Of a DNA stretch of 64,000 nt, positions 28,711 through 42,010 are shown piece after piece. Position numbers and translations under genes: made by a program. Position 1 is the stretch's first letter, and each line of letters begins with the position of its first letter. This DNA comes from an uncultured Pelagibacteraceae bacterium. GTDB lineage: Bacteria; Pseudomonadota; Alphaproteobacteria; Pelagibacterales; Pelagibacteraceae. Under the pieces are notes generated by a model. It did not search any database. It saw only the letters and a list, made by a program, of their open reading frames with translations, and was not told the DNA's origin. The DNA is taken from the NCBI GenBank assembly GCA_902546795.1, contig CACCLK010000002.1:2061-66060 (forward strand), read 5' to 3'.

Positions 28711-31700
28711 ATGGATTTATCTTTTACTCAAAAAAAAAGCATTAGAAGAAACTTTGGAAAACTAATTGAGGGACTTTCGATACCCAACCTTATCGAAGTA
28801 CAAAAAAATTCCTACCAAGAGTTTTTGTCGTCAAAATCATCAACTGAAAAACTCACTGAATTTAAAAAGGGAATAGAAAAAGTTTTTACAAGTATATTTC
28901 CTATCGAGGATGGTACAGAGAAATCAACTTTAGAATACATTTCATATAAACTAGAAAGACCTAAGTTTGATGTTATTGAGTGCAAACAGAGAAGCTTAAC
29001 GTATTGCGCTTCTTTAAAAGCAAACTTAAGGTTAGTTGTTTACGATATTAATCTAGAGGATAACACCAAACAAATTTTATCGGCAAAAGAACAGGAAGTA
29101 TTTATCGGAGAACTACCACTAATGACACCGAGCGGAACCTTTATAGTTAATGGCGTAGAAAGAGTCGTTGTAAACCAAATGCACAGAAGCCCAGGCGTTT
29201 TCTTTGATCACGATAAAGGTAAAACACATTCAAGCGGAAAACTTTTATTTAATTGCAGAATTATACCAGGCAGAGGTTCTTGGTTAGATTTTGAGTTTGA
29301 CCCAAAAGATATCTTATATTTCAGAATAGATAGAAAGAAAAAACTTCCAATAACAACAATTTTATATGCGCTCGGTTTAACAAGAACAAAGATTATAGAA
29401 ACATTCTTTACAACAAATAAATTTGATTTTGATGCACAAAATAAAATGTGGAGTACAAATTTTGATCCAAATAATTATAAAAGACCCATCAAATTATCAT
29501 ATGATTTAGTTGATTCAAAAAATAAAAAAAAAGTTCTTGGCAAAGGTGAAAAATTAAACTTCATTATTGCAAAAAAACTTGCAGAAAAAGGTTTAAAAAA
29601 TATTCTTGTTTCTAATAATGAGTTGATAGGGAAGTATGTTGCAGATGAAATTAAAGACAGTGAGGGGAAAATAATTCTAGAGTCCGGAAATGATATTAAT
29701 GATGAAATTTTAGAAAAGATTATTTCACTAGATTTAAAATCACTAAGAATAGTAAACATTGACCCAATAAACAAAGGTCCATATCTTCTTGAGACTTTAA
29801 AAATTGACAAAAACAAAAATAAAAACGATTCTTTGAATGATATTTATAAAATCCTAAGACCTGGTGAAGCACCTACAATTGAAATTGCTGAGGAAGTATT
29901 TAAAAACCTTTATTTTAATAAGGAGAGATATGATTTATCAGAAGTTGGCAGAGTAAAGCTAAATTCTAAACTAGATCTTAAGGTAAGTGATAAAACAACA
30001 ATACTTACCACAAATGACATTATTGAAATAATAAAATTTATGCTCGATTTAAGAGATGGCAAAGGTGAAGTAGATGATATCGATCATCTTGGAAATAGGA
30101 GAGTCAGATCTGTTGGCGAACTTGTAGAAAATCAATTTCGAATTGGTTTATTAAGAATGGAAAGAACAGTAAAAGAAAAAATGTCTACTTTTTTAGAGAT
30201 AGAGTCCGCAATGCCTCAAGATTTAATAAACGCAAAACCTATAACAACATCGTTAAAGGATTTTTTTGCTACTTCACAATTATCACAATTTATGGATCAA
30301 ACTAATCCGCTATCTGAAATTACTCATAAAAGAAGAGTATCAGCATTAGGCCCTGGAGGATTAACCAGAGAAAGAGCTGGATTCGAAGTGCGTGATGTGC
30401 ATCCTACTCATTATGGAAGAATTTGTCCCATAGAAACACCAGAAGGCCCAAACATCGGTTTAATAAATAGTTTGGCTACTTACTGCAGAGTAAATAAGTT
30501 TGGTTATATTGAAAGCCCCTATAAAAAGGTTGTAAATGGGAAAGTCAGTGAAGAAATAAAATACCTTTCAGCTATAGAAGAAGAAAAATACACAATAGCT
30601 CAAGCAAACTCTCCATTAAAAAAAGATGGAACTTTTATTGAAGAATTAGTTGCTTGTAGAAAAAATCTAAATTTTCAACTGTCCACAAGAGAAAGTATTG
30701 ATTTTATAGACGTCTCACCAAAACAGTTAGTCTCAGTTGCTGCAGCTCTTATTCCGTTCTTAGAAAATGATGATGCCAACAGAGCGTTAATGGGTTCAAA
30801 CATGATGAGGCAAGCAGTTCCTTTGCTTAAACCAGAGTCACCTTTGGTTGGAACCGGAATAGAGTCGGATGTAGCACTAGATTCTGGAGTAACAATCGTT
30901 GCTAAAAGAAGTGGCGTAGTTGATAAAATAGATGGAAAAAGAATTGTTGTAAAAGCTACTGACGTAAAAGACTTATCACAGTCTGCAGTAGATATTTATA
31001 ACTTATCAAAATTTAAAAGATCTAACCAAAATACATGTATTAATCAAAGACCTCTTGTAAAGGTAGGCGACCAAATTAAAAAAGGAGATATAATTGCAGA
31101 TGGACCCGCAACTAAACTTGGTGAGTTAGCATTAGGAAAAAATGTTACAGTCGCTTTTATGCCATGGCAGGGTTACAATTTTGAAGACTCAATACTTATA
31201 TCTGAGAGATGTGTGACAGATGATGTTTTTACCTCAATTCATATAGAGGAATACGAGTCAATGGCTAGAGATACGAAACTTGGAGCTGAAGAGATTACAA
31301 GGGATATACCAAATGTAAGTGAGGAAAGTTTAAGAAATCTAGATGAGTCAGGAATTGTTTATGTTGGAGCAGAAGTTAAACCAGGTGATATTTTAGTAGG
31401 TAAAGTTACCCCAAAGAGTGAAACTTCTTCAAGTCCAGAGGAAAAATTACTAAGATCGATTTTTGGTGAAAAAGCAACAGATGTAAGAGACTCCTCACTT
31501 AAACTTCCGTCAGGAAGCGCAGGTGTTGTAATCGATGTAAGAGTTTTTAATAGGCATGGTATTGAAAAAGACGAGAGATCTATTGCTATAGAGAGGTCTG
31601 AAATCGAGTCTGTCCAAGAAGATAGAAAAGTTGAAGAAGAGATTTTAAACCGAAACATAAAATCAAGAGCTATTGATCTTCTCAAAAACCAAAAAATTTC

Positions 31701-32802
31701 TAAACAATACAAAGAATTAAAACCCGAAACCACATTAAACGTAAATGATTTAGACTCTTTATTTTTAAAAGATATTTGGAAAATATCATTTATAGATAAT
31801 AAAATTAATGAAAACATCCAAAAATTAAAAAGACAGTTTGATAATGCTAACGATGATATCAAAGCGAGATTTGATGATAAAGTAATCAAGATTCAGCAAG
31901 GAGATGATTTATTACCCACAGTTATGAAAGTGGTAAAAGTTTTTGTTGCTGTAAAAAGAAGACTTATGCCTGGAGATAAGATGGCCGGTCGTCATGGTAA
32001 TAAAGGAGTTGTGAGTAAAATAGTTTCTACAGAAGATATGCCTTACATGAGTAACGGAAAACCTGTAGATATTGTTTTAAATCCTTTGGGTGTACCAAGC
32101 AGGATGAACGTGGGTCAAATTTTAGAAACACATCTAGGTTGGTCATGTGCTGAATTAGGCGAACAAATAAAAAAATATTTAAAAGATTTTGAAAAAAGTT
32201 TTGAGGAAGTAAAAAACAAGTTAAGAGAAATTTATACAAAAGACTATTTTGAGCAAGTTATATCAAAATTGTCTAAAAAAGAAGTTTTTGAATTAATTGA
32301 AAACATTTCAAATGGTGTACCAATAGCAACACCAGTGTTCGATGGAGCTTCCACAGATGACATTACTAAAATGCTTGACTTAGCAAAACTTCCTAATAGT
32401 GGACAAACAAACCTATGGGACGGAAGAACTGGAGAAAAATTTGATAGGCCTGTAACTGTTGGAACTATATATATGTTAAAATTAAACCATCTTGTTGAGG
32501 ATAAAATTCACGCAAGATCCACTGGCCCGTATAGTTTGGTTACTCAGCAACCACTTGGTGGAAAAGCTCAATTAGGAGGACAAAGATTTGGAGAAATGGA
32601 AGTGTGGGCTTTAGAAGCATATGGTGCATCTTACACATTGCAGGAAATACTTACAGTTAAATCTGATGATGTTGCTGGAAGAACAAAAGTGTACGAAACA
32701 ATAGTTAAAGGTAATAATAACTTTGAGTCTGGTGTCCCAGAGTCTTTTAATGTTTTGGTCAAAGAAATTAGAGCCTTGGGTTTAAATATTGAATTAAATT
32801 AA
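28711..32802 (+). CDS. rpoB: RNA polymerase beta subunit
   Basis: [41 protein letters not shown]; ATG at 28711. Confidence 0.99.
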   Translation: MDLSFTQKKSIRRNFGKLIEGLSIPNLIEVQKNSYQEFLSSKSSTEKLTEFKKGIEKVFTSIFPIEDGTEKSTLEYISYKLERPKFDVIECKQRSLTYCASLKANLRLVVYDINLEDNTKQILSAKEQEVFIGELPLMTPSGTFIVNGVERVVVNQMHRSPGVFFDHDKGKTHSSGKLLFNCRIIPGRGSWLDFEFDPKDILYFRIDRKKKLPITTILYALGLTRTKIIETFFTTNKFDFDAQNKMWSTNFDPNNYKRPIKLSYDLVDSKNKKKVLGKGEKLNFIIAKKLAEKGLKNILVSNNELIGKYVADEIKDSEGKIILESGNDINDEILEKIISLDLKSLRIVNIDPINKGPYLLETLKIDKNKNKNDSLNDIYKILRPGEAPTIEIAEEVFKNLYFNKERYDLSEVGRVKLNSKLDLKVSDKTTILTTNDIIEIIKFMLDLRDGKGEVDDIDHLGNRRVRSVGELVENQFRIGLLRMERTVKEKMSTFLEIESAMPQDLINAKPITTSLKDFFATSQLSQFMDQTNPLSEITHKRRVSALGPGGLTRERAGFEVRDVHPTHYGRICPIETPEGPNIGLINSLATYCRVNKFGYIESPYKKVVNGKVSEEIKYLSAIEEEKYTIAQANSPLKKDGTFIEELVACRKNLNFQLSTRESIDFIDVSPKQLVSVAAALIPFLENDDANRALMGSNMMRQAVPLLKPESPLVGTGIESDVALDSGVTIVAKRSGVVDKIDGKRIVVKATDVKDLSQSAVDIYNLSKFKRSNQNTCINQRPLVKVGDQIKKGDIIADGPATKLGELALGKNVTVAFMPWQGYNFEDSILISERCVTDDVFTSIHIEEYESMARDTKLGAEEITRDIPNVSEESLRNLDESGIVYVGAEVKPGDILVGKVTPKSETSSSPEEKLLRSIFGEKATDVRDSSLKLPSGSAGVVIDVRVFNRHGIEKDERSIAIERSEIESVQEDRKVEEEILNRNIKSRAIDLLKNQKISKQYKELKPETTLNVNDLDSLFLKDIWKISFIDNKINENIQKLKRQFDNANDDIKARFDDKVIKIQQGDDLLPTVMKVVKVFVAVKRRLMPGDKMAGRHGNKGVVSKIVSTEDMPYMSNGKPVDIVLNPLGVPSRMNVGQILETHLGWSCAELGEQIKKYLKDFEKSFEEVKNKLREIYTKDYFEQVISKLSKKEVFELIENISNGVPIATPVFDGASTDDITKMLDLAKLPNSGQTNLWDGRTGEKFDRPVTVGTIYMLKLNHLVEDKIHARSTGPYSLVTQQPLGGKAQLGGQRFGEMEVWALEAYGASYTLQEILTVKSDDVAGRTKVYETIVKGNNNFESGVPESFNVLVKEIRALGLNIELN

Positions 32803-32803
32803 A

Positions 32804-35800
32804 ATGGAAAAAAATATAGTCAAAAATAATCAGCAACAAAATTTAGTTAGTGAGAATGACTTTAATAACATAAAAATTACACTCGCAAGTCCTGAAAAAA
32901 TAAAATCATGGTCATTCGGGGAAATTAAAAAACCTGAAACCATTAACTATAGAACTTTTAGACCTGAGAAAGACGGCCTTTTTTGCTCAAGAATTTTTGG
33001 CCCAGTCAAAGATTACGAATGTTTATGTGGAAAATATAAGCGAATGAAGTTTAGAGGAATTATATGTGAAAAATGTGGAGTCGAGGTTACAAAATCCAAT
33101 GTGAGAAGGGAAAGAATGGGTCACATTGATCTTGCATGTCCAGTTGCTCACATTTGGTTTCTCAAATCTTTGCCTAGTCGAATATCTCTGGCGATTGATA
33201 TGAAGTTAAAGGATGTTGAAAAAGTTCTCTACTTTGAAAGCTTTATAGTAATCGAGCCTGGACTTACTACATTACAAAAAGGACAATTACTAACAGAGGA
33301 AGCTCTTCAAAAAGCCCAAGACGAGTTCGGGGAAGATGCCTTTTCAGCTGGAATCGGAGCTGAGGCAGTTAGAGAAATTCTTTTAAATCTTGATCTTTTA
33401 AAAGAGCAAAAAAAATTAAGAGACTCATTAAAGGAAATTAAATCTAAAGTTACTGAAGAAAGAACAATAAAAAGATTAAAACTAATTGAATCTTTTATTT
33501 CCTCGGGAAATAAACCTGAGTGGATGATATTAACGACTGTTCCCGTAATACCACCAGAACTTAGACCATTAGTACCTTTAGATGGTGGCAGATTTGCTAC
33601 ATCAGATTTAAATGATTTATACAGAAGGGTTATTAATAGAAATAATAGATTGAAAAGGCTTTTAGATTTAAAAGCTCCAGACATTATAGTTAGAAATGAG
33701 AAACGGATGCTCCAAGAGTCAGTCGATGCACTCTTTGACAATGGGAGAAGAGGTAGGGTTATAACTGGAACGGGTAAAAGACCATTAAAATCTCTTGCTG
33801 AAATGCTTAAAGGAAAACAAGGTAGATTTAGACAAAATCTTCTAGGGAAGAGAGTTGATTATTCTGGAAGATCTGTAATTGTTGTTGGTCCAGAACTCAA
33901 GCTTCATCAATGTGGACTGCCAAAAAAAATGGCTTTAGAATTGTTTAAGCCATTTTTATATGCAAGATTGGATAAATTAGGATTAGCAACAACAATCAAA
34001 CAAGCAAAAAGATTAGTCGAAAAAGAAAAAAGTGAAGTTTGGGATGCCTTAGAGCATATTATCAGAGAACATCCTGTAATATTAAATAGAGCTCCAACAT
34101 TACATAGATTAGGTGTCCAAGCATTTGAAGCAAAACTTATTGAAGGAAATGCAATTGAATTACACCCATTAGTTTGTGCAGCTTTTAATGCAGATTTTGA
34201 TGGTGATCAAATGGCTGTTCATATTCCATTAAGTTTAGAGGCACAATTGGAGTCTAGAGTATTAATGATGTCTACAAATAATATTTTAAGTCCATCGAAT
34301 GGAAAACCAATAATTGTACCTAGCCAAGATATTGTTTTAGGTATTTATTATCTTTCCCAGTCTTCTAAAGAAAAAGATGCTAAACCTAAGGGTATTTTTT
34401 CTAATATAAATGAAATTGAACAAGCTCTTGAAAATAAAGATATAAGTTTACATACTAAAATTATTTCTACTTTTGACTCAATTGATGAAAATGGTAAAAA
34501 AGCTTCTGTTAAGTACACAAGTACAGCCGGTAGATTTTTATTAGCGAATTTACTTCCAAAAAATAAAAATATTAAATTTACTTTGGTCGATAGGCTCTTG
34601 ACTAAAAAAAATGTTTCAGAAGTTATAGATACAATATTTAGGTATTGTGGCCAAAAAGAAACTGTTATTTTTTGCGATAGAATAAAAACACTAGGCTTTA
34701 AACATGCATTCAAAGCCGGAATATCTTTTGGTAAAGATGATTTAATTATTCCTAAAACAAAAGTTAGTTTAATAAATGAAACTAAAAAAAGAATAGAAGA
34801 GTATGAGAAACAATACTCTGATGGATTAATAACCAGAGGTGAAAAATATAACAAAGTAGTAGATATCTGGTCAAAATGTACGGATACAGTCGCTAATGAA
34901 ATGATGAAAGAAATATCGTCAGCTGAAAAAGTTTATCCTAACGATAGAATTGAAACTAATTCGGTTTATATGATGGCAGACTCTGGTGCAAGAGGTTCCC
35001 AAGCACAAATGAAACAGTTAGCTGGTATGAGGGGTTTAATAGCTAAACCCTCAGGTGAAATTATTGAAACACCAATCATTTCAAACTTTAAAGAAGGTTT
35101 GTCAGTATTAGAATATTTCAATTCAACTCACGGTGCAAGAAAAGGTCTGGCTGATACTGCGCTTAAAACTGCAAATTCAGGATATTTAACAAGAAGATTA
35201 TGTGATGTCGCACAAGACATTCAGATTACAAAAAAAGATTGTGATTGTAAGTCAAAGTCTACAATAACTTTATCAGAAATTATAGAAGGCGGTAATATAT
35301 TAGTAAGCTTGTCAGAAAGAGTTTTAGGCAGGGTAATAGGTGAAGATATTAAACATCCAATTACAGGAGAAATTTTGATTAAAAAAGAAAAATTAATCGA
35401 TGAGGCTGATTGTGAAAAAATCGATGCCGCTGGTGTAAAATCAGTGCAAGTATATTCTGTTATAACCTGTGGTTCTAAAAAGGGAGTTTGTGCAATGAGT
35501 TATGGAAGAGATTTAGCTAGAGGTAAACTTGTAACAGTTGGTGAGGCAATAGGAATGATAGCTGCTCAGTCAATTGGTGAACCTGGAACACAATTAACCA
35601 TGAGAACTTTTCACGTTGGAGGAACCGCTCAAATCAAAGAAGAGTCTCAAATAACATCTCAAACAAAAGGTAGATTGAATATAATTAATAAAAACTTAAT
35701 TGAAGACTCCAAGAAAAATATAATTGTAATGGGAAGAAACACTCAATTAAGTATTGAAGATGAAAATAAAAGGCAGTTAGCAATTTATAAAGTTAATTAT

Positions 35801-36985
35801 GGTTCAAAATTATTTTTCAAAGACGGCGATAAAATCGATAAAGGTAAAAAAATAGCTGAGTGGGATCCTTATACATTACCAGTAATCGCCGAGACTAGTG
35901 GTATTGTAAATTATATGGATCTTGTTGAAGGAACATCTTTAACAGAGACGCTAGACGATGCAACTGGAATATCATCAAAATCTGTTACTGATTGGAAATC
36001 CCTCTCAAAAAATTCAGAATTAAAACCAAGATTAACTTTGAGAAATGATAAAGGCGAAATAATAAAAAAAGCCGATGGAAACGAAGCAAGATACTATTTG
36101 GTTCCGGATACAATTTTATCAGTTAAGGATGGCCAAAAAGTTTCTGCTGGTGATGTTCTGGCAAGACTTCCTAAAGAGACATCTAAAACCAAAGACATCA
36201 CAGGTGGATTACCTAGAGTTGCTGAGCTTTTTGAAGCAAGGAGACCAAAAGATAGTGCGATAATAGCTGAGAATGACGGAATTATTCAATTTGGTAAAGA
36301 AGTTAGAGGAAAACAAAAAATTTCAATAGTTTCGACCAATGGAGAAACTTCCAACTATCTTATTCCAAAAGGCAAGCATGTAAATTTTAATCAAGGAGAA
36401 AAAATTAAAAAAGGTGAATATTTATTGGACGGAAGTCCGGCTCCACACGATATTTTAAGGATATTAGGAGTTGAAAAGCTCACAGAATACTTTGTCAGTG
36501 AAGTACAAGAAGTTTATAGATTACAGGGTGTCGTGATCAACGACAAACATATCGAAACAATTGTTAGACAAATGTTAAAAAAAGTTGAAATAAAAGATCC
36601 AGGTGACTCAGAGTTTTTATTTGGTGAGGTAATTGATTTAATACAGATTAATAAAATTAATGAAGAATTAAGAAAAGCGTCGAAAAAGCCTGCACAATTT
36701 GAAAGAGTTCTATTAGGTATTACAAAAGCATCATTACAGACTAATTCATTTATCTCTGCTGCATCTTTCCAAGAAACAACTCGAGTTTTAACAGATGCCT
36801 CGATAAAAGGAAAAGTAGACAACCTTGACGGATTGAAAGAGAATGTAATAGTTGGTAGATTGATACCGGCTGGAACTGGATTAACTAAAATGGGCTGGGA
36901 TAAAGCTGCAAAATTACAAGATGAACAAAGATTGCAAGAGTTAAAAAAACAAGAGCTCGAAAGTGCGGCAAATCCAGCCGAATAG
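32804..36985 (+). CDS. rpoC: RNA polymerase beta' subunit
   Basis: Zn finger [30 protein letters not shown]. Confidence 0.99.
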   Translation: MEKNIVKNNQQQNLVSENDFNNIKITLASPEKIKSWSFGEIKKPETINYRTFRPEKDGLFCSRIFGPVKDYECLCGKYKRMKFRGIICEKCGVEVTKSNVRRERMGHIDLACPVAHIWFLKSLPSRISLAIDMKLKDVEKVLYFESFIVIEPGLTTLQKGQLLTEEALQKAQDEFGEDAFSAGIGAEAVREILLNLDLLKEQKKLRDSLKEIKSKVTEERTIKRLKLIESFISSGNKPEWMILTTVPVIPPELRPLVPLDGGRFATSDLNDLYRRVINRNNRLKRLLDLKAPDIIVRNEKRMLQESVDALFDNGRRGRVITGTGKRPLKSLAEMLKGKQGRFRQNLLGKRVDYSGRSVIVVGPELKLHQCGLPKKMALELFKPFLYARLDKLGLATTIKQAKRLVEKEKSEVWDALEHIIREHPVILNRAPTLHRLGVQAFEAKLIEGNAIELHPLVCAAFNADFDGDQMAVHIPLSLEAQLESRVLMMSTNNILSPSNGKPIIVPSQDIVLGIYYLSQSSKEKDAKPKGIFSNINEIEQALENKDISLHTKIISTFDSIDENGKKASVKYTSTAGRFLLANLLPKNKNIKFTLVDRLLTKKNVSEVIDTIFRYCGQKETVIFCDRIKTLGFKHAFKAGISFGKDDLIIPKTKVSLINETKKRIEEYEKQYSDGLITRGEKYNKVVDIWSKCTDTVANEMMKEISSAEKVYPNDRIETNSVYMMADSGARGSQAQMKQLAGMRGLIAKPSGEIIETPIISNFKEGLSVLEYFNSTHGARKGLADTALKTANSGYLTRRLCDVAQDIQITKKDCDCKSKSTITLSEIIEGGNILVSLSERVLGRVIGEDIKHPITGEILIKKEKLIDEADCEKIDAAGVKSVQVYSVITCGSKKGVCAMSYGRDLARGKLVTVGEAIGMIAAQSIGEPGTQLTMRTFHVGGTAQIKEESQITSQTKGRLNIINKNLIEDSKKNIIVMGRNTQLSIEDENKRQLAIYKVNYGSKLFFKDGDKIDKGKKIAEWDPYTLPVIAETSGIVNYMDLVEGTSLTETLDDATGISSKSVTDWKSLSKNSELKPRLTLRNDKGEIIKKADGNEARYYLVPDTILSVKDGQKVSAGDVLARLPKETSKTKDITGGLPRVAELFEARRPKDSAIIAENDGIIQFGKEVRGKQKISIVSTNGETSNYLIPKGKHVNFNQGEKIKKGEYLLDGSPAPHDILRILGVEKLTEYFVSEVQEVYRLQGVVINDKHIETIVRQMLKKVEIKDPGDSEFLFGEVIDLIQINKINEELRKASKKPAQFERVLLGITKASLQTNSFISAASFQETTRVLTDASIKGKVDNLDGLKENVIVGRLIPAGTGLTKMGWDKAAKLQDEQRLQELKKQELESAANPAE

Positions 36986-37009
36986 ATCATAAAATACCAT
37001 CATTAATCA

Positions 37010-37037
37010 TTGACTTTTAGTGCTTCAATGTTAGTTT
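37010..37037 (+). promoter_or_regulatory. Putative promoter of rpsL operon
   Basis: TTGACT (37010-37015), 16 nt, TAGTTT (37032-37037). Confidence 0.55.
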
Positions 37038-37043
37038 AGCGCA

Positions 37044-37148
37044 CTTTTTGAATGTTAGAAGTAAGGTGGCACTTAACCTTAAACACTAACTATCGAACTT
37101 ATAGAATCTATAAGTCCTGTCTCGCTTCTTAATTCATAAAGAAATTTT
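37044..37148 (+). ncRNA. Structured rpsL 5' leader (probable ribosomal-protein autoregulatory RNA)
   Basis: Hairpins TAAGGT/ACCTTA (37062-37081) and ACTTATAG/CTATAAGT (37097-37115) enclosed by TGAAT..AGAAG / CTTCT..ATTCA (37049-37061 with 37125-37136); largest spacer of the cluster. Confidence 0.65.
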
Positions 37149-37520
37149 ATGCCGACTATTAATCAGTTAATAAAAAAATCAAGGGTTAAACCCTTAGTGA
37201 GGAATAAAGTCCCAGCTTTACAAAGACAACCTTTGAAAAGAGGTGTATGTGTTAAAGTTTACACAACCACACCAAAGAAACCTAATTCAGCTTTGAGAAA
37301 AGTTGCAAGAGTTCGTTTATCAAATGGATTTGAAGTAACGGCTTATATTCCAGGTGAAGGTCACAATTTACAAGAACACTCTGTTGTCATGATAAGGGGA
37401 GGAAGAGTAAAAGATCTTCCAGGGGTCCGATATCACATCTTAAGAGGAAATCTAGATACCCAAGGAGTTGCTAATAGAAAAAAACGTAGATCATTATACG
37501 GAACAAAAAAACCTAAATAA
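37149..37520 (+). CDS. rpsL: 30S ribosomal protein S12
   Basis: [28 protein letters not shown]. Confidence 0.99.
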   Translation: MPTINQLIKKSRVKPLVRNKVPALQRQPLKRGVCVKVYTTTPKKPNSALRKVARVRLSNGFEVTAYIPGEGHNLQEHSVVMIRGGRVKDLPGVRYHILRGNLDTQGVANRKKRRSLYGTKKPK

Positions 37521-37521
37521 A

Positions 37522-37992
37522 ATGTCTAGAAAAAGAAAATCTCCATTAAGAAAAATTTATGCTGATCCCAAGTATGGTTCACCAGTAATATCAAAGTTTA
37601 TAAATTCTATTATGTATGATGGTAAAAGATCAACAGCCGAAAAAATTCTTTATGATGCGTTAGAAAAAATTAAACAAAAAGGTAAGAACGATCCTATAAA
37701 AGTTTTTAATGATGCAATAAATAACGTAAAACCAAATATTGAAGTCCGATCCAGAAGAGTTGGAGGAGCAACATATCAAGTTCCTGTTGAAGTCAAATCT
37801 AATAGGGGGCAAGCTCTAGCTTTACGATGGATTTTAGAAGCAACAAGAAAAAGAAAAAATAAATCAATGTCAGAAAAGCTATACTTTGAAATACTGGATG
37901 CATCACAAAACAAAGGATCAGCAATTAAAAAAAGAGAGGATACACATAAAATGGCAGAGTCAAATAAAGCCTTTGCTCATTTTAGATGGTAA
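37522..37992 (+). CDS. rpsG: 30S ribosomal protein S7
   Basis: [27 protein letters not shown]; ATG at 37522. Confidence 0.98.
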   Translation: MSRKRKSPLRKIYADPKYGSPVISKFINSIMYDGKRSTAEKILYDALEKIKQKGKNDPIKVFNDAINNVKPNIEVRSRRVGGATYQVPVEVKSNRGQALALRWILEATRKRKNKSMSEKLYFEILDASQNKGSAIKKREDTHKMAESNKAFAHFRW

Positions 37993-37996
37993 AAAC

Positions 37997-40072
37997 ATGT
38001 CAAAAAAATATTCTTTAGATAAATATAGAAACATCGGTATCATGGCCCATATAGATGCTGGAAAAACGACTACAACTGAGAGAATTTTATACTATACCGG
38101 CAAAAGTCACAAAATAGGAGAAGTTCATGATGGTGCAGCTACAATGGATTGGATGGAACAAGAGCAAGAAAGAGGAATTACAATCACATCAGCAGCAACA
38201 ACATGTTTTTGGAAAGATCATAGAATAAATATTATAGATACACCTGGACACGTAGATTTTACAATTGAAGTTGAGCGTTCATTAAAAGTTTTGGACGGAG
38301 CTGTAGCTGTATTTGATGGGGTTGCAGGTGTCGAACCTCAATCAGAAACAGTCTGGCGTCAAGCTGATAAATATAAAGTACCAAGAATATGTTTTGTTAA
38401 TAAACTTGATAGAACAGGAGCAGATTTTTTCAGATGTGTAGAAATGATAAAAGAGAGATTGGGTTCAAAACCTTTAGTTCTCCAAATTCCGGTTGGAGTG
38501 GAGGCAAATTTAAAAGGGGTAGTAGATTTAATTAAAATGAAAGCTGTTGTATGGAAAGATGAAAAGCTAGGAGCTGAATTTGAAGAAATTGAAATTCCAG
38601 AGGATTTAAAAGAGTCTGCAAAAAAATATAGACAAGAATTAGTAGAAACAGCCGTTGAACAAGATGAAAAACTTATGGAAGAATATTTAAACGGTAAAGA
38701 AATAGATGAAAAACAGCTAATTAGCTGCATAAGAAAAGGCTGTTTGAATTTTAACTTTGTACCAGTACTAACGGGCTCCGCTTTTAAAAATAAAGGGGTT
38801 CAATTACTTCTTGACGCAGTGGTAAATTACTTACCTAGCCCGAGTGATCTTGGTTCTATTGATGGAACAAAATTAAATTCAGATGAAAAAGTTCAAATGA
38901 AATTTAATGACAATGAGCCTTTTTCAGCTTTAGCTTTTAAAGTAGCAAACGATCCATTTGTTGGAACATTAACATTTATAAGAATATATTCGGGAACTCT
39001 TAAGTCAGGAACCGCAGTCTATAACTCTTCAAGAGAGAAAACTGAAAGAGTAGGAAGAATGCTATTAATGCATGCTAACAGTAGAGAGGATATTAAAGAG
39101 GCAAATGCTGGTGATATTGTTGCGTTAGCAGGATTAAAATACACTATAACGGGACATACTTTATGTGATGAAGATAAACCTATTTTATTAGAACCGATGG
39201 AATTTCCTGACCCAGTTATTGAAATAGCCGTAGAGCCGAAAACAAAAGCCGATCAAGAAAAAATGGGTGAAGCTTTAGGTAGGTTGGCTAAAGAGGATCC
39301 ATCATTTCGAGTTACGTCTGACGAGGAGTCCGGTCAAACAATAATTAAAGGAATGGGAGAATTGCATTTGGACATTATTGTAGACAGAATGAAAAGAGAA
39401 TTTAAAGTAGAAGCAAACATTGGGGCGCCCCAAGTGGCATATAGAGAAACGATACTTTCAAATGCTGAGATGGATTACACACATAAAAAACAAAGCGGTG
39501 GAGCCGGTCAATTCGCCAGAGTAAAATTAACAGTTGAACCATTAGATCCTGGAAAAGGAAGAGAAATTGAAAATAAAATCAAAGGAGGGGCAATACCTAA
39601 AGAGTTTATTCCAGGAGTAGAAAAAGGAGTTGAAAGTGTTGCAGATAACGGAATTTTAGCTGGTTTTCCTTTAATTGATTACAAGGTAACTATTTTAGAC
39701 GGTTTGCACCATGATGTTGACTCGAGTGTTTTAGCTTTCGAGATTGCTAGCAGGACATGCTTTAAAGAGGCATGTCAAAAAGCCCAATTAAAACTTTTGG
39801 AACCAATTATGAAAGTTGAAGTAGTCACTCCAGAAGATTTTATGGGTGATGTGATAGGCGATCTTAACAGCAGAAGAGGCCAAGTTGAGTCAACTGAGGC
39901 AAGAGGAAATGCAACAGTTATTTCAGCTAAAGTACCATTAGCGAACATGTTCGGGTATATAAATAATTTAAGATCCTCAACACAAGGTAGAGCTCAATAC
40001 ACAATGCAATTTAGTCATTATGATAAAGTTCCACAAAATGTTCAAGACGAGGTAACAAAAAAATTAGCATAG
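37997..40072 (+). CDS. fusA: Elongation factor G
   Basis: [29 protein letters not shown]; ATG at 37997. Confidence 0.99.
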   Translation: MSKKYSLDKYRNIGIMAHIDAGKTTTTERILYYTGKSHKIGEVHDGAATMDWMEQEQERGITITSAATTCFWKDHRINIIDTPGHVDFTIEVERSLKVLDGAVAVFDGVAGVEPQSETVWRQADKYKVPRICFVNKLDRTGADFFRCVEMIKERLGSKPLVLQIPVGVEANLKGVVDLIKMKAVVWKDEKLGAEFEEIEIPEDLKESAKKYRQELVETAVEQDEKLMEEYLNGKEIDEKQLISCIRKGCLNFNFVPVLTGSAFKNKGVQLLLDAVVNYLPSPSDLGSIDGTKLNSDEKVQMKFNDNEPFSALAFKVANDPFVGTLTFIRIYSGTLKSGTAVYNSSREKTERVGRMLLMHANSREDIKEANAGDIVALAGLKYTITGHTLCDEDKPILLEPMEFPDPVIEIAVEPKTKADQEKMGEALGRLAKEDPSFRVTSDEESGQTIIKGMGELHLDIIVDRMKREFKVEANIGAPQVAYRETILSNAEMDYTHKKQSGGAGQFARVKLTVEPLDPGKGREIENKIKGGAIPKEFIPGVEKGVESVADNGILAGFPLIDYKVTILDGLHHDVDSSVLAFEIASRTCFKEACQKAQLKLLEPIMKVEVVTPEDFMGDVIGDLNSRRGQVESTEARGNATVISAKVPLANMFGYINNLRSSTQGRAQYTMQFSHYDKVPQNVQDEVTKKLA

Positions 40073-40074
40073 TT

Positions 40075-40383
40075 ATGGAAAATCAAAATATAAGAATACA
40101 TCTAAGAGCATACGATAATAAGATACTTGATTTATCTACTGAAGAAATCGTTAATACAGCTAAAAGGACTGGTGCCCAGGTGAAAGGTCCTATCCCTTTG
40201 CCAACAAGAATAGAAAGGTTTACAGTTCTAAGATCTCCTCACATAGACAAAAAAAGCAGGGAACAATTTGAGCAAAGAACCCACAAAAGATTAATTGATA
40301 TTATTGAACCAACTCCACAAACAGTAGAAGCGTTAATGAAATTAGACTTAGCTTCAGGGGTAGATATAGAAATAAAAATTTAA
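40075..40383 (+). CDS. rpsJ: 30S ribosomal protein S10
   Basis: [21 protein letters not shown]. Confidence 0.98.
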   Translation: MENQNIRIHLRAYDNKILDLSTEEIVNTAKRTGAQVKGPIPLPTRIERFTVLRSPHIDKKSREQFEQRTHKRLIDIIEPTPQTVEALMKLDLASGVDIEIKI

Positions 40384-40386
40384 ATT

Positions 40387-41097
40387 ATGAACATTGGATT
40401 GCTAGGAAAAAAAATGGGTATGACAAGAGAGTTCTTAAAGAGCGGTCAGTCAGTACCAGTAACAGTAATAAAAATTGAAAAAGGCAGAGTGATTGACGTT
40501 ATCACTAAAGAAAAACGTGGTTATGATGCCGTAAAAATTGGATATTTTAAGGTAAAAAACTCGAAATTAACAAAACAGATGAAAGGATTTTTTGTCAAAA
40601 AGAATACAGAGGCTAAAAAAATTCTTAAGGAGTATAGAGTAGAAAAACCCAGTGATTTCAAAGAGGGAAATGAATTGGGAATCGAGCTTTTGAAAGATAA
40701 AAAATTTGTTGATGTTAAATCTAAAACAATAGGAAAAGGTTTTGCAGGTGTAATGAAGAGGTGGAACTTTGGTGGATTAAGAGCTTCTCATGGTGTTTCT
40801 GTCTCTCATAGATCGCATGGATCAACCGGTCAAAGACAAGACCCGGGTAAAGTTTTTAAAGGCAAAAAAATGGCTGGCCACATGGGTGATAAGTTCAGAA
40901 CAATGTTGAATCTTGAAATTATAAAATCAGATCCAGAAAATAGCTTACTTTATATAAAAGGTTCAATACCGGGGTCAAAAAATTGTACAGTATTTTTAAG
41001 AAGTTCAATTAAAAATGTTACAAGGAAAACAATTGAAGAAAAATATCAAGCTAAGCTAAAAAAAAGTGAGTCTGAAAAAGGTAAAAAGAAAAAATGA
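40387..41097 (+). CDS. rplC: 50S ribosomal protein L3
   Basis: GKKMGMT, GKGFAGVMKRW, PGKVFKGKKMAGHMG. Confidence 0.98.
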   Translation: MNIGLLGKKMGMTREFLKSGQSVPVTVIKIEKGRVIDVITKEKRGYDAVKIGYFKVKNSKLTKQMKGFFVKKNTEAKKILKEYRVEKPSDFKEGNELGIELLKDKKFVDVKSKTIGKGFAGVMKRWNFGGLRASHGVSVSHRSHGSTGQRQDPGKVFKGKKMAGHMGDKFRTMLNLEIIKSDPENSLLYIKGSIPGSKNCTVFLRSSIKNVTRKTIEEKYQAKLKKSESEKGKKKK

Positions 41098-41729
41098 AAC
41101 TAAAGGTAATAAACATAAATAACTCAAAATCTGAATCTGTTGAGATATCAGACAAACTTATTAAATTAAAAGTCAATCATAAGTTAATAAAATACGTTAT
41201 TGATTGGCAGCTCAATCATTTAAAACCAAGAAGTGCTAAAACTAAACAAAGAAATGAGATTAAAGGTTCAACCAAAAAAATTGTGCCACAAAAGGGTAGT
41301 GGTGGAGCTAGACACTCGAGCAGAAAAGCACCAATCTTTGTTGGTGGTGGTGTAGCTCATGGACCTAAAGGTGCAGTATACAAAATTAAAAAAATTAATA
41401 AAAAAATGAGAAAATTAGCTTTAGCACAAACTCTGTCAAAAAAAAATGAAGATAAGAATTTGCATATTCTAGCTGACGTTAAAGAGAAGATAACAAAAAC
41501 CAAAGTTTTTAATAAATTTCTAATTACAAATAAACTTTCAAATGTGATAATAATTTCTGACAGTAATACTTTTAAAAATATTAATCAATCTGCGAGAAAT
41601 ATTAAAAATCTAAAGTTAATAAATGAATTAGGAACAAATGTTTATGATTTATTTAAGTACAGAAATGTAATTTTTACTCTTAGCTCAATAAAAAATATTC
41701 AAAATAGGATTTTAAATGAAAAAAATTGA
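41094..41729 (+). CDS. rplD: 50S ribosomal protein L4
   Basis: QKGSGGARH, APIFVGGGVAHGP. Confidence 0.96.
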   Translation: MKLKVININNSKSESVEISDKLIKLKVNHKLIKYVIDWQLNHLKPRSAKTKQRNEIKGSTKKIVPQKGSGGARHSSRKAPIFVGGGVAHGPKGAVYKIKKINKKMRKLALAQTLSKKNEDKNLHILADVKEKITKTKVFNKFLITNKLSNVIIISDSNTFKNINQSARNIKNLKLINELGTNVYDLFKYRNVIFTLSSIKNIQNRILNEKN

Positions 41730-42009
41730 AACAGTAGACTCTATCAGGCAACCAATTATCACAGAAAAAGCAACAATTTTATCTGAACAAAATAAGACCG
41801 TTTTTAAAGTTCATAGTAGTGCTACGAAAAAAAATATTAAAAAGAATATAGAAAAATTATTTAAAGTAAAAGTTATTAAGGTGAATATTATTAATACAAA
41901 AACAAAAAAAAAATTGAGACAGGGGCGCATATCTACTAAAAGTGGATACAAAAAAGCAATAATAACTCTAAAAAAAGGTCAAAGCATTGATCTAACTACA
42001 GGAATTTAA
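41716..42009 (+). CDS. rplW: 50S ribosomal protein L23
   Basis: PIITEKA, KKAIITL. Confidence 0.96.
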   Translation: MKKIETVDSIRQPIITEKATILSEQNKTVFKVHSSATKKNIKKNIEKLFKVKVIKVNIINTKTKKKLRQGRISTKSGYKKAIITLKKGQSIDLTTGI

Positions 42010-42010
42010 C

